A stretch of DNA of 13,072 nt from a virus (taxonomy: Duplodnaviria > Heunggongvirae > Uroviricota > Caudoviricetes): the IMG/VR virus record IMGVR_UViG_2671180405_000011; one strand, written 5' to 3'. A program made the position numbers and the translations under genes. Shown here in pieces: positions 1 to 6,540 of this stretch (positions are counted from its first letter, which is position 1; every line of letters begins with the position of its first letter). The notes beneath the pieces are model-generated. The model was not told where the DNA came from. It searched no databases and saw only the letters and a list, made by a program, of their open reading frames with translations.

Positions 1-1
1 G

Positions 2-319
2 CTGCTTAAAAAAAGAACAAATGGTAGTGTCCGCTATTGCCAGTACACCTCAGAGTTTTACACCACAACCCGCAAACCCTCTGCGGGAGATGTTGGTGCA
101 TATACGCAGGCAGAATGTAACTCAAGGTTTATTACAGGTATTCGCCTTGGTGGTCTGTTATCTGTTCAGACATGGAATGGTCCCGGATGGTCTGACAGGT
201 CAGGTTATGTTGTTACCGGTTCCGTTAACTCAAACAGAGATGAACTAATTGATACAACTCAGGCAAGGCCAATTCAGTATTGCATTAATGGGACGTGGTA
301 TAACGCGGGGAGTATTTAA
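2..319 (+). CDS. Tail fibre protein, C-terminal end of the currently expressed variable domain (Sv); 5' part lies outside the window
   Basis: Frame ending at TAA 317-319 translates to ...GYVVTGSVNSNRDELIDTTQARPIQYCINGTWYNAGSI*. Its C-terminus parallels the minus-strand segment 1413-2441 (...[12 protein letters not shown]). The stop lies 2 nt before the chaperone start, as in Mu S-U and P2 H-G. Confidence 0.75.
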   Translation: MLKKRTNGSVRYCQYTSEFYTTTRKPSAGDVGAYTQAECNSRFITGIRLGGLLSVQTWNGPGWSDRSGYVVTGSVNSNRDELIDTTQARPIQYCINGTWYNAGSI

Positions 320-321
320 CG

Positions 322-855
322 ATGATGCACTTAAAAAACATTTCTGCTGGTAATCCTGAAACAAAAGAGCAATACCAGCTAACGAAACAATTTAACATCA
401 AATGGCTTTATACAGAGGATGGGAAAAACTGGTATGAGGAACAAAAGAACTTTCAGCCTGATACGTTGAAAATGGTCTATGACCACAACGGCGTTATTAT
501 TTGTATTGAAAAGGATGTTTCAGCAATTAATCCGGAAGGCGCAAGCGTCGTTGAGGTTCCTGATATTACAGCAAATCGCCGGGCTGATATTTCAGGTAAA
601 TGGATGTTCAAAGATGGCGTAGTGATAAAGCGAACTTATACCGGGGAAGAGCAGAGGCAACAAGCGGAAAATGAAAAGCAAAGCCTGCTACAGCTCGTCA
701 GGGATAAAACCCAGCTATGGGACTCACAGCTACGGCTGGGCATTATTTCCGACGAGAATAAACAAAAATTAACCGAGTGGATGCTCTATGCGCAGAAGGT
801 CGAATCCACAGACACCTCCAGCCTGCCAGTAACGTTTCCCGAACAACCAGAATGA
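322..855 (+). CDS. Tail fibre assembly chaperone (Tfa / Mu U / P2 G family)
   Basis: 177-aa ORF immediately after the fibre stop. It shares the N-terminal ~125 aa with the minus-strand paralogue (MMHLKNI.AGN...[24 protein letters not shown]) and differs in the C-terminus, which is the typical Tfa architecture. Confidence 0.85.
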   Translation: MMHLKNISAGNPETKEQYQLTKQFNIKWLYTEDGKNWYEEQKNFQPDTLKMVYDHNGVIICIEKDVSAINPEGASVVEVPDITANRRADISGKWMFKDGVVIKRTYTGEEQRQQAENEKQSLLQLVRDKTQLWDSQLRLGIISDENKQKLTEWMLYAQKVESTDTSSLPVTFPEQPE

Positions 856-858
856 AAC

Positions 859-886
859 AAGGCCCGATATCGGGCCTTAATTTTTA
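859..886. terminator. Palindromic hairpin with T-tract between convergent chaperone genes (likely bidirectional terminator)
   Basis: Perfect 20-bp palindrome aaggcccgatatcgggcctt (859-878) followed by aattttta; sits between the stop of 322-855 (+) and the stop of 884-1411 (-). Confidence 0.5.
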
Positions 887-1411
887 CTCAGGCTTTTGTG
901 GCCATTCTGGCTTTGCCGTATCCACACGGCTGACCAGAACACTGTAGCGTTCCCATGCTTCCAGTCGTGTGCGTTCCTCGTCCGTCGCCATATTCAGCCT
1001 GACAGCGCGTTCCAGCGGCTGGATGACTGATTCAGCTTCGGAAAGCAATGCGGCCTTTTGTGATTCGGCCTGTTGTTGCTGTTCGTCAGCCGTATAAATC
1101 CGTTTAACCACAGCTCCGTCCTTAAACATCCACTTACCGGAATCATCAGCACGACGATTAGCTGTAATATCAGGAACCTCAACGACGCTATAACCTTCAG
1201 GGTTAAGCGTGGAGGCATCTTTGGTGATGGCGACAATAATATTATTTGCATCGTAAACAATCTTTATTGTGTCTGGCTGAAAGTTCTTCACTTCCTCATA
1301 CCAGTTTTTTCCGTCCTCAGAGTAAAGCCAGATGACTCCGTGCTTCTTTGTTAACTCATACTGCTCCACTGTTTTAGCATTACCTGCTTTTATGTTCTTT
1401 AAGTGCATCAT
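884..1411 (-). CDS. Alternative tail fibre assembly chaperone (U'-like), inside the invertible segment
   Basis: The minus-strand ORF is listed to 1444, but the homologous start [11 protein letters not shown] is the ATG at 1411, 1 nt after the TAA of the upstream Sv' segment (TAATATG). This mirrors the plus-strand Sv/U junction. Confidence 0.8.
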   Translation of the reverse strand: MMHLKNIKAGNAKTVEQYELTKKHGVIWLYSEDGKNWYEEVKNFQPDTIKIVYDANNIIVAITKDASTLNPEGYSVVEVPDITANRRADDSGKWMFKDGAVVKRIYTADEQQQQAESQKAALLSEAESVIQPLERAVRLNMATDEERTRLEAWERYSVLVSRVDTAKPEWPQKPE

Positions 1412-1412
1412 A

Positions 1413-2441
1413 TTAAATACTCGCCACATTATACCAAGTGCCATTTATATACTTTTGCACTGGCCTGTAATGAACGCCTGCAATATTATCGGCAGAGTTT
1501 TTTCCGGTATCCTGTACGTTAATCCCCGTCAGTACATAGCCTGACGGGCACTGAAAATTCCATGTTTGCCAGTTGTTCACTCCATAATATTGCTGTGAAC
1601 CAAGTCGAACATCTTTCACATATCTGGAATCAAAATTGCCATAGTTGCCGGGAATAACTTGCGAGCCGCAAAGCCAGTTCCCGTTATTATCCATGTACGC
1701 CTGACCATCGGTGCCATTGGCTGTCCTTGAGTTATTAATCATGTAGATGCCAAATTGCTTATTTCCCAGACCGCCAATCATAAATTTGCGGTCGGCATGG
1801 TCCTGACGGAGCAAAGCCTGAGCACCATCAGTGGATACCGCATTACGTCCCAAAATAACATTCTGGTCACGCATATGAATCCACATGCCGGTACTACTGT
1901 TAATTGCAAAACGGTTTGCAAATATATCCCCTGTAACATCAAGACCATGCCCCATGCTTATCCGGCCAGTTCTGAGATTAAGCGTAAAGGGGCGTAGTGG
2001 CCCTATATTACCATTTTCCCCTTCATTCTCTCGTGTAGGGATGATATGCAGGCATTCTTCAGAACGACGAAAAATGGCACCAAAAGATGAATTAAATATC
2101 CTCAGTGCATTGACTGTCGATATTTTCACTTCACTGCTGAAAAGGGCTTCAACAAGAACAGACAAAGCATTCCATTTAAGATTCATCAGGTCTTTAGGCC
2201 GGGTGCCAATGATGCGGTGTCTCCATTTGAAATATTCATTGCCGTTGTTGCCTGTTTCAAACCACATGTAGGAATCGGTGTCTGCATCCGAATTATTTTT
2301 AAACCCAATCTTTGCCCAGTCAGTATTTCGAATCCAGGCAAGGATTGAGTCGTTTTCAAAAGTAAGTCCACCGGACAACGTATCGCCATTTTTTTGCACG
2401 GCGTTACCAGCCTTGTTTACCGTTTCCTGTAAACCGAGGTT
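1413..2441 (-). CDS. Alternative tail fibre C-terminal segment (Sv'-like), start-less cassette expressed only after inversion
   Basis: Minus-strand frame is open from 2441 with no proper ATG (listed start is GTG). It ends ...[12 protein letters not shown], paralogous to the plus-strand fibre C-terminus, and the frame opens just inside the crossover site. Confidence 0.75.
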   Translation of the reverse strand, partial: NLGLQETVNKAGNAVQKNGDTLSGGLTFENDSILAWIRNTDWAKIGFKNNSDADTDSYMWFETGNNGNEYFKWRHRIIGTRPKDLMNLKWNALSVLVEALFSSEVKISTVNALRIFNSSFGAIFRRSEECLHIIPTRENEGENGNIGPLRPFTLNLRTGRISMGHGLDVTGDIFANRFAINSSTGMWIHMRDQNVILGRNAVSTDGAQALLRQDHADRKFMIGGLGNKQFGIYMINNSRTANGTDGQAYMDNNGNWLCGSQVIPGNYGNFDSRYVKDVRLGSQQYYGVNNWQTWNFQCPSGYVLTGINVQDTGKNSADNIAGVHYRPVQKYINGTWYNVASI

Positions 2442-2449
2442 TTAGATAA
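2424..2449. other. Serine-invertase crossover site (gix/hix/pix-like), right end of invertible segment
   Basis: ttcctgtaaaccgaggttttagataa: a 26-bp imperfect palindrome with 12-bp half sites around a central GA, closely matching recalled gix/hix sites. It lies about 55 bp upstream of the invertase start. Confidence 0.7.
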
Positions 2450-2503
2450 TGGCCGTTTCCGGCCTGCATGGCATGATTTGCGCTTTTGGACGGGAGATTC
2501 AGC

Positions 2504-2760
2504 GTGCTGATTGGCTATGTAAGGGTATCAACAAATGACCAGAATACAGACCTGCAACGAAACGCTCTTGTTTGTGCAGGATATGAACAAATATTTGAAG
2601 ATAAATTAAGCGGAACAAGGACAGGCCGACCTGGATTAAAACGTGCTTTAAAGCGCCTTCAAAAAGGTGACGCACTGGTTGTCTGAAAACTGGACTGACT
2701 GGGTCACTGTATGCGGCATCTTGTCGTGCTGGTGGTGGAAGCCTAGAAAAAGTATCGGGT
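2504..2760 (+). pseudogene. DNA invertase remnant (Gin/Pin/Hin/Cin family), inactivated
   Basis: GTG 2504 with SD gggaga, then MLIGYVRVSTNDQNTDLQRNAL... identical to the intact copy for about 80 bp. Scattered substitutions follow, TGG becomes TGA at 2684-2686 (W to stop), then further in-frame stops and weak residual similarity (LD*LGHCMRHLVVLV vs LDRLGRSMKHLISLV) to about 2760. Confidence 0.7.
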
Positions 2761-2844
2761 GTTGCTGAACCGTGTTGATACATCAACTGCACCTGATATT
2801 GAGTGGCCTACGAACCCTGTCAGGGAGTAATCATTGGGATTATG

Positions 2845-2877
2845 CCGCAGCACGTCTTAAGCAAGAACGTGCTGCGG
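2845..2877. other. Perfect 10-bp stem hairpin (ccgcagcacg / cgtgctgcgg, 13-nt loop), possible terminator
   Basis: Lies 8 nt beyond the methyltransferase stop (minus strand) and is followed on the plus strand by a T6 run at 2888-2893. There is no immediately adjacent U-tract on either strand, so terminator function is uncertain. Confidence 0.3.
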
Positions 2878-2884
2878 TTGGATG

Positions 2885-3532
2885 CTATTTTTTCCCTGAA
2901 GCGGAAAACATTACTACAGTACCTTGAACCCTGGTTTTAACATTCTCGAAATGCTCTGAGAGTATATGTGTTAAGCCTTCTTCGGAATCTTTTGTGTTTG
3001 AAAAGATGCCTTTCTGATTGTAAATGCGCATCAGTTTTTGACCGAAGCTATTGTGCACAACTCCATCGCCAAGAATTGTGGCTCCGTATAGAGTTCCATC
3101 GTCAGTTAAGGCCTGCGCCGCATTGCGTATTACACAGCTTTTTGTAGATATATTTCCAGGCAGGCAGTGAAGAAGGTAAAACATGGAAATGGAATCAAAT
3201 TGACCATGTAACGCCGCGGGATAAGGTTCAAAAACATCATGGCTAATTTTATGTTTAATTTTTGATTCCCCAGCCCTTGTAGATGCCGCGTTCAGGCTAG
3301 CTTCGTTCAAATCCATTAAAGATATCAGACTACTCTCAGGTACGTGAGTAAGGTAAAACCCAGTTCCAACACCAATATCCAGATGGTTGTTACCTAAATG
3401 TTCCAGAAAGTGTGGAAGAAGGTGTTCCTTTGTAGGACATCCCCATGCAAGCCGATTTGATACTCCCAAAACCCACCAGTCATAAAGCTTTAGGGTAAGT
3501 GGTGTGTAAATTTTAGCCCCATCATCTGTGTT
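2885..3532 (-). pseudogene. Class I SAM-dependent methyltransferase, 5'-truncated (small-molecule/RNA type, not an obvious DNA methyltransferase)
   Basis: Minus-strand frame is open from the repeat junction at 3532 to TAG at 2885-2887. It carries the Rossmann motif I LDIGVGTGFY and a post-I acidic/hydrophobic segment. There is no ATG with an RBS; the listed start is an internal TTG and the frame runs into the repeat, so the N-terminus is missing. The region is visibly AT-richer than its flanks. Confidence 0.6.
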
Positions 3533-3768
3533 TAGTGATAAAGCGAACTTATACCGGGGAAGAGCAGAGGCAACAAGCGGAAAATGAAAAGCAAAGCCTG
3601 CTACAGCTCGTCAGGGATAAAACCCAGCTATGGGACTCACAGCTACGGCTGGGCATTATTTCCGACGAGAATAAACAAAAATTAACCGAGTGGATGCTCT
3701 ATGCGCAGAAGGTCGAATCCACAGACACCTCCAGCCTGCCAGTAACGTTTCCCGAACAACCAGAATGA
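3533..3768 (+). pseudogene. Tail fibre assembly chaperone, C-terminal fragment (copy 2; lacks first ~100 codons)
   Basis: Identical to 619-855 of the intact chaperone gene. Identity begins abruptly at 3533; upstream sequence is methyltransferase, not chaperone. Confidence 0.7.
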
Positions 3769-3771
3769 AAC

Positions 3772-3799
3772 AAGGCCCGATATCGGGCCTTAATTTTTA
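3772..3799. terminator. Copy 2 of the palindromic hairpin with T-tract
   Basis: Same sequence as 859-886, offset 2913. Confidence 0.45.
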
Positions 3800-4324
3800 C
3801 TCAGGCTTTTGTGGCCATTCTGGCTTTGCCGTATCCACACGGCTGACCAGAACACTGTAGCGTTCCCATGCTTCCAGTCGTGTGCGTTCCTCGTCCGTCG
3901 CCATATTCAGCCTGACAGCGCGTTCCAGCGGCTGGATGACTGATTCAGCTTCGGAAAGCAATGCGGCCTTTTGTGATTCGGCCTGTTGTTGCTGTTCGTC
4001 AGCCGTATAAATCCGTTTAACCACAGCTCCGTCCTTAAACATCCACTTACCGGAATCATCAGCACGACGATTAGCTGTAATATCAGGAACCTCAACGACG
4101 CTATAACCTTCAGGGTTAAGCGTGGAGGCATCTTTGGTGATGGCGACAATAATATTATTTGCATCGTAAACAATCTTTATTGTGTCTGGCTGAAAGTTCT
4201 TCACTTCCTCATACCAGTTTTTTCCGTCCTCAGAGTAAAGCCAGATGACTCCGTGCTTCTTTGTTAACTCATACTGCTCCACTGTTTTAGCATTACCTGC
4301 TTTTATGTTCTTTAAGTGCATCAT
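3797..4324 (-). CDS. Alternative tail fibre assembly chaperone (U'-like), copy 2
   Basis: Translation identical to 884-1411. Confidence 0.75.
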   Translation of the reverse strand: MMHLKNIKAGNAKTVEQYELTKKHGVIWLYSEDGKNWYEEVKNFQPDTIKIVYDANNIIVAITKDASTLNPEGYSVVEVPDITANRRADDSGKWMFKDGAVVKRIYTADEQQQQAESQKAALLSEAESVIQPLERAVRLNMATDEERTRLEAWERYSVLVSRVDTAKPEWPQKPE

Positions 4325-4325
4325 A

Positions 4326-5354
4326 TTAAATACTCGCCACATTATACCAAGTGCCATTTATATACTTTTGCACTGGCCTGTAATGAACGCCTGCAATATT
4401 ATCGGCAGAGTTTTTTCCGGTATCCTGTACGTTAATCCCCGTCAGTACATAGCCTGACGGGCACTGAAAATTCCATGTTTGCCAGTTGTTCACTCCATAA
4501 TATTGCTGTGAACCAAGTCGAACATCTTTCACATATCTGGAATCAAAATTGCCATAGTTGCCGGGAATAACTTGCGAGCCGCAAAGCCAGTTCCCGTTAT
4601 TATCCATGTACGCCTGACCATCGGTGCCATTGGCTGTCCTTGAGTTATTAATCATGTAGATGCCAAATTGCTTATTTCCCAGACCGCCAATCATAAATTT
4701 GCGGTCGGCATGGTCCTGACGGAGCAAAGCCTGAGCACCATCAGTGGATACCGCATTACGTCCCAAAATAACATTCTGGTCACGCATATGAATCCACATG
4801 CCGGTACTACTGTTAATTGCAAAACGGTTTGCAAATATATCCCCTGTAACATCAAGACCATGCCCCATGCTTATCCGGCCAGTTCTGAGATTAAGCGTAA
4901 AGGGGCGTAGTGGCCCTATATTACCATTTTCCCCTTCATTCTCTCGTGTAGGGATGATATGCAGGCATTCTTCAGAACGACGAAAAATGGCACCAAAAGA
5001 TGAATTAAATATCCTCAGTGCATTGACTGTCGATATTTTCACTTCACTGCTGAAAAGGGCTTCAACAAGAACAGACAAAGCATTCCATTTAAGATTCATC
5101 AGGTCTTTAGGCCGGGTGCCAATGATGCGGTGTCTCCATTTGAAATATTCATTGCCGTTGTTGCCTGTTTCAAACCACATGTAGGAATCGGTGTCTGCAT
5201 CCGAATTATTTTTAAACCCAATCTTTGCCCAGTCAGTATTTCGAATCCAGGCAAGGATTGAGTCGTTTTCAAAAGTAAGTCCACCGGACAACGTATCGCC
5301 ATTTTTTTGCACGGCGTTACCAGCCTTGTTTACCGTTTCCTGTAAACCGAGGTT
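4326..5354 (-). CDS. Alternative tail fibre C-terminal segment (Sv'-like), copy 2
   Basis: Translation identical to 1413-2441. Confidence 0.7.
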   Translation of the reverse strand, partial: NLGLQETVNKAGNAVQKNGDTLSGGLTFENDSILAWIRNTDWAKIGFKNNSDADTDSYMWFETGNNGNEYFKWRHRIIGTRPKDLMNLKWNALSVLVEALFSSEVKISTVNALRIFNSSFGAIFRRSEECLHIIPTRENEGENGNIGPLRPFTLNLRTGRISMGHGLDVTGDIFANRFAINSSTGMWIHMRDQNVILGRNAVSTDGAQALLRQDHADRKFMIGGLGNKQFGIYMINNSRTANGTDGQAYMDNNGNWLCGSQVIPGNYGNFDSRYVKDVRLGSQQYYGVNNWQTWNFQCPSGYVLTGINVQDTGKNSADNIAGVHYRPVQKYINGTWYNVASI

Positions 5355-5362
5355 TTAGATAA
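5337..5362. other. Serine-invertase crossover site (gix/hix/pix-like), copy 2
   Basis: ttcctgtaaaccgaggttttagataa, identical to 2424-2449 and in the same (direct) orientation. Confidence 0.7.
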
Positions 5363-5416
5363 TGGCCGTTTCCGGCCTGCATGGCATGATTTGCGCTTTT
5401 GGACGGGAGATTCAGC

Positions 5417-6004
5417 GTGCTGATTGGCTATGTAAGGGTATCAACAAATGACCAGAATACAGACCTGCAACGAAACGCTCTTGTTTGTGCAGGATGTGAA
5501 CAAATATTTGAAGATAAATTAAGCGGGACAAAGACAGACCGACCGGGATTAAAACGCGCTTTAAAGCGCCTTCAAAAAGGTGACACGCTGGTTGTCTGGA
5601 AACTGGATCGCCTCGGGCGAAGCATGAAACATCTGATTTCTCTCGTCGGGGAACTACGGGAGCGAGGAATTAATTTTCGCAGTCTGACCGACAGCATAGA
5701 TACATCTTCTCCAATGGGGCGTTTTTTCTTCCACGTGATGGGTGCCCTGGCTGAAATGGAACGTGAATTAATTGTTGAACGTACACTGGCCGGACTGGCG
5801 GCAGCACGCGCACGGGGGCGCACAGGCGGACGTCGACCGAAGCTGACAAAAGAACAGCATGAGCAAATAGCAAGGCTGATCAAAAACGGGCACGACAGAA
5901 AACAACTGGCAATAATTTACGGCATTGGTATATCGACGATTTATCGTTACCACCCCGCAGGAGAATCAATCGGAACAATAGAGAAGAGTCAGGAAACAAA
6001 ATAA
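5417..6004 (+). CDS. Site-specific DNA invertase, small serine recombinase of the Gin/Pin/Hin/Cin family (intact)
   Basis: GTG 5417 preceded by SD gggaga. N-terminus MLIGYVRVSTNDQNTDLQ carries the catalytic Ser; VVWKLDRLGRS, SPMGRFFFHVMGALAEMERELIVERT and a C-terminal helix-turn-helix (GGRRPKLT...) follow. It sits immediately downstream of a gix-like site, as Mu gin and e14 pin do. Confidence 0.9.
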   Translation: MLIGYVRVSTNDQNTDLQRNALVCAGCEQIFEDKLSGTKTDRPGLKRALKRLQKGDTLVVWKLDRLGRSMKHLISLVGELRERGINFRSLTDSIDTSSPMGRFFFHVMGALAEMERELIVERTLAGLAAARARGRTGGRRPKLTKEQHEQIARLIKNGHDRKQLAIIYGIGISTIYRYHPAGESIGTIEKSQETK

Positions 6005-6036
6005 CCGCTAATCTGACCATTAGCGGTTTTTGTGTT
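6003..6036. terminator. Bidirectional rho-independent terminator between convergent invertase and gpU genes
   Basis: Stem aaccgctaat / attagcggtt with loop ctgacc, followed by ttttgtgtt on the plus strand and by TTATTTT on the minus strand. Confidence 0.6.
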
Positions 6037-6039
6037 AAA

Positions 6040-6528
6040 TCAGAACAACCCTTTAACTGAACTGGCCGCGCTGTTAAGGGATGATGTTACCTTATCTTTG
6101 AAGCCGGACAGCATATCGCTGAACGATGAGGATTGCAGGCGCTCCCGCAAATCCTCATCACAGCGTTCAAGAGTCAGTGAAAATTCTATCTTTTTCGCCT
6201 TACCGTAGCGATCAAACTCGGAGCGGGTCGTATTCGTTTCGGTCAGGACATACATGCCGTAAATCTGCCCGACGCCATCAATCAGAGGCCAGGGTCGTCC
6301 TGTATACGCCTGCGTGGTCAGCAGCGACAGCGACACTTCGCCACCTGTAATTTCAGGATAAAGCACACCAGAAAGAACGATGCGCTCATCACCTGCACCG
6401 ATATACTGCCAGCTTGCCGAACGGTTAACGCGTTCATTTTTCACATGCCGCCAGCTTTTGTTTTGCTGTAACTGCTGATGCGGCAATGTACGCAGCTCAA
6501 AAACAAACATGCCGTAGATCATCATCAT
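6040..6528 (-). CDS. U: Phage tail protein gpU (P2 U family)
   Basis: Matches recalled P2 gpU: short N-terminal Met run, then GxFVF...SWRH...RVNRS...GVLYPEITGG...LIDG. The listed ORF starts at 6534, but SD GAGGAG spacing favours the third ATG at 6528. It follows T on the same strand. Confidence 0.85.
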   Translation of the reverse strand: MMMIYGMFVFELRTLPHQQLQQNKSWRHVKNERVNRSASWQYIGAGDERIVLSGVLYPEITGGEVSLSLLTTQAYTGRPWPLIDGVGQIYGMYVLTETNTTRSEFDRYGKAKKIEFSLTLERCDEDLRERLQSSSFSDMLSGFKDKVTSSLNSAASSVKGLF

Positions 6529-6540
6529 GGCCATGACTCC

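Larger units (their letters stand above)
619..2582. repeat. Direct repeat copy 1 (about 1.96 kb, apparently identical to 3533-5495), with decaying homology on to about 2760
   Basis: Offset 2913 bp. All listed ORF translations in the two copies are identical (884-1444 vs 3797-4357; 1413-2399 vs 4326-5312), and spot-checked intergenic stretches match. The first mismatch is at 2583/5496. Confidence 0.85.
3533..5495. repeat. Direct repeat copy 2 (continues into the intact invertase)
   Basis: As for copy 1. The left junction at 3532/3533 abuts methyltransferase sequence. Confidence 0.85.

Noticed and set aside
21-248. 75-aa plus-strand ORF at the window start
   Set aside because: It is out of frame with the tail-fibre C-terminal reading frame (which ends at 317-319 and parallels Sv'), and it has no RBS. 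It is an overlapping-frame artefact.
994-2389. Several 67-128-aa ORFs antisense to or overlapping U' and Sv' (994-1260, 1073-1354, 1332-1544, 1755-1997, 1885-2271, 2186-2389, and their copy-2 twins at +2913)
   Set aside because: All are embedded in strongly supported fibre and chaperone genes on the opposite strand or in an alternate frame, with no RBS or family resemblance.
2499-2792. 97-aa minus-strand ORF across the invertase remnant
   Set aside because: It is antisense to the clearly recognisable invertase 5' region and shows no sign of being a gene.
5572-5953. Three minus-strand ORFs (61-103 aa) inside the intact invertase gene
   Set aside because: They are antisense to a highly conserved serine recombinase and are Arg/Pro/Ser-rich, as expected of spurious frames in GC-rich sequence.
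6005-6040. Possible crossover site at the invertase/gpU junction that could explain the inverted tail block
   Set aside because: The sequence is a simple terminator hairpin. It lacks the AAACC-NN-GGTTT core arrangement of gix/hix sites, and no comparable site was found in 11616-11772.
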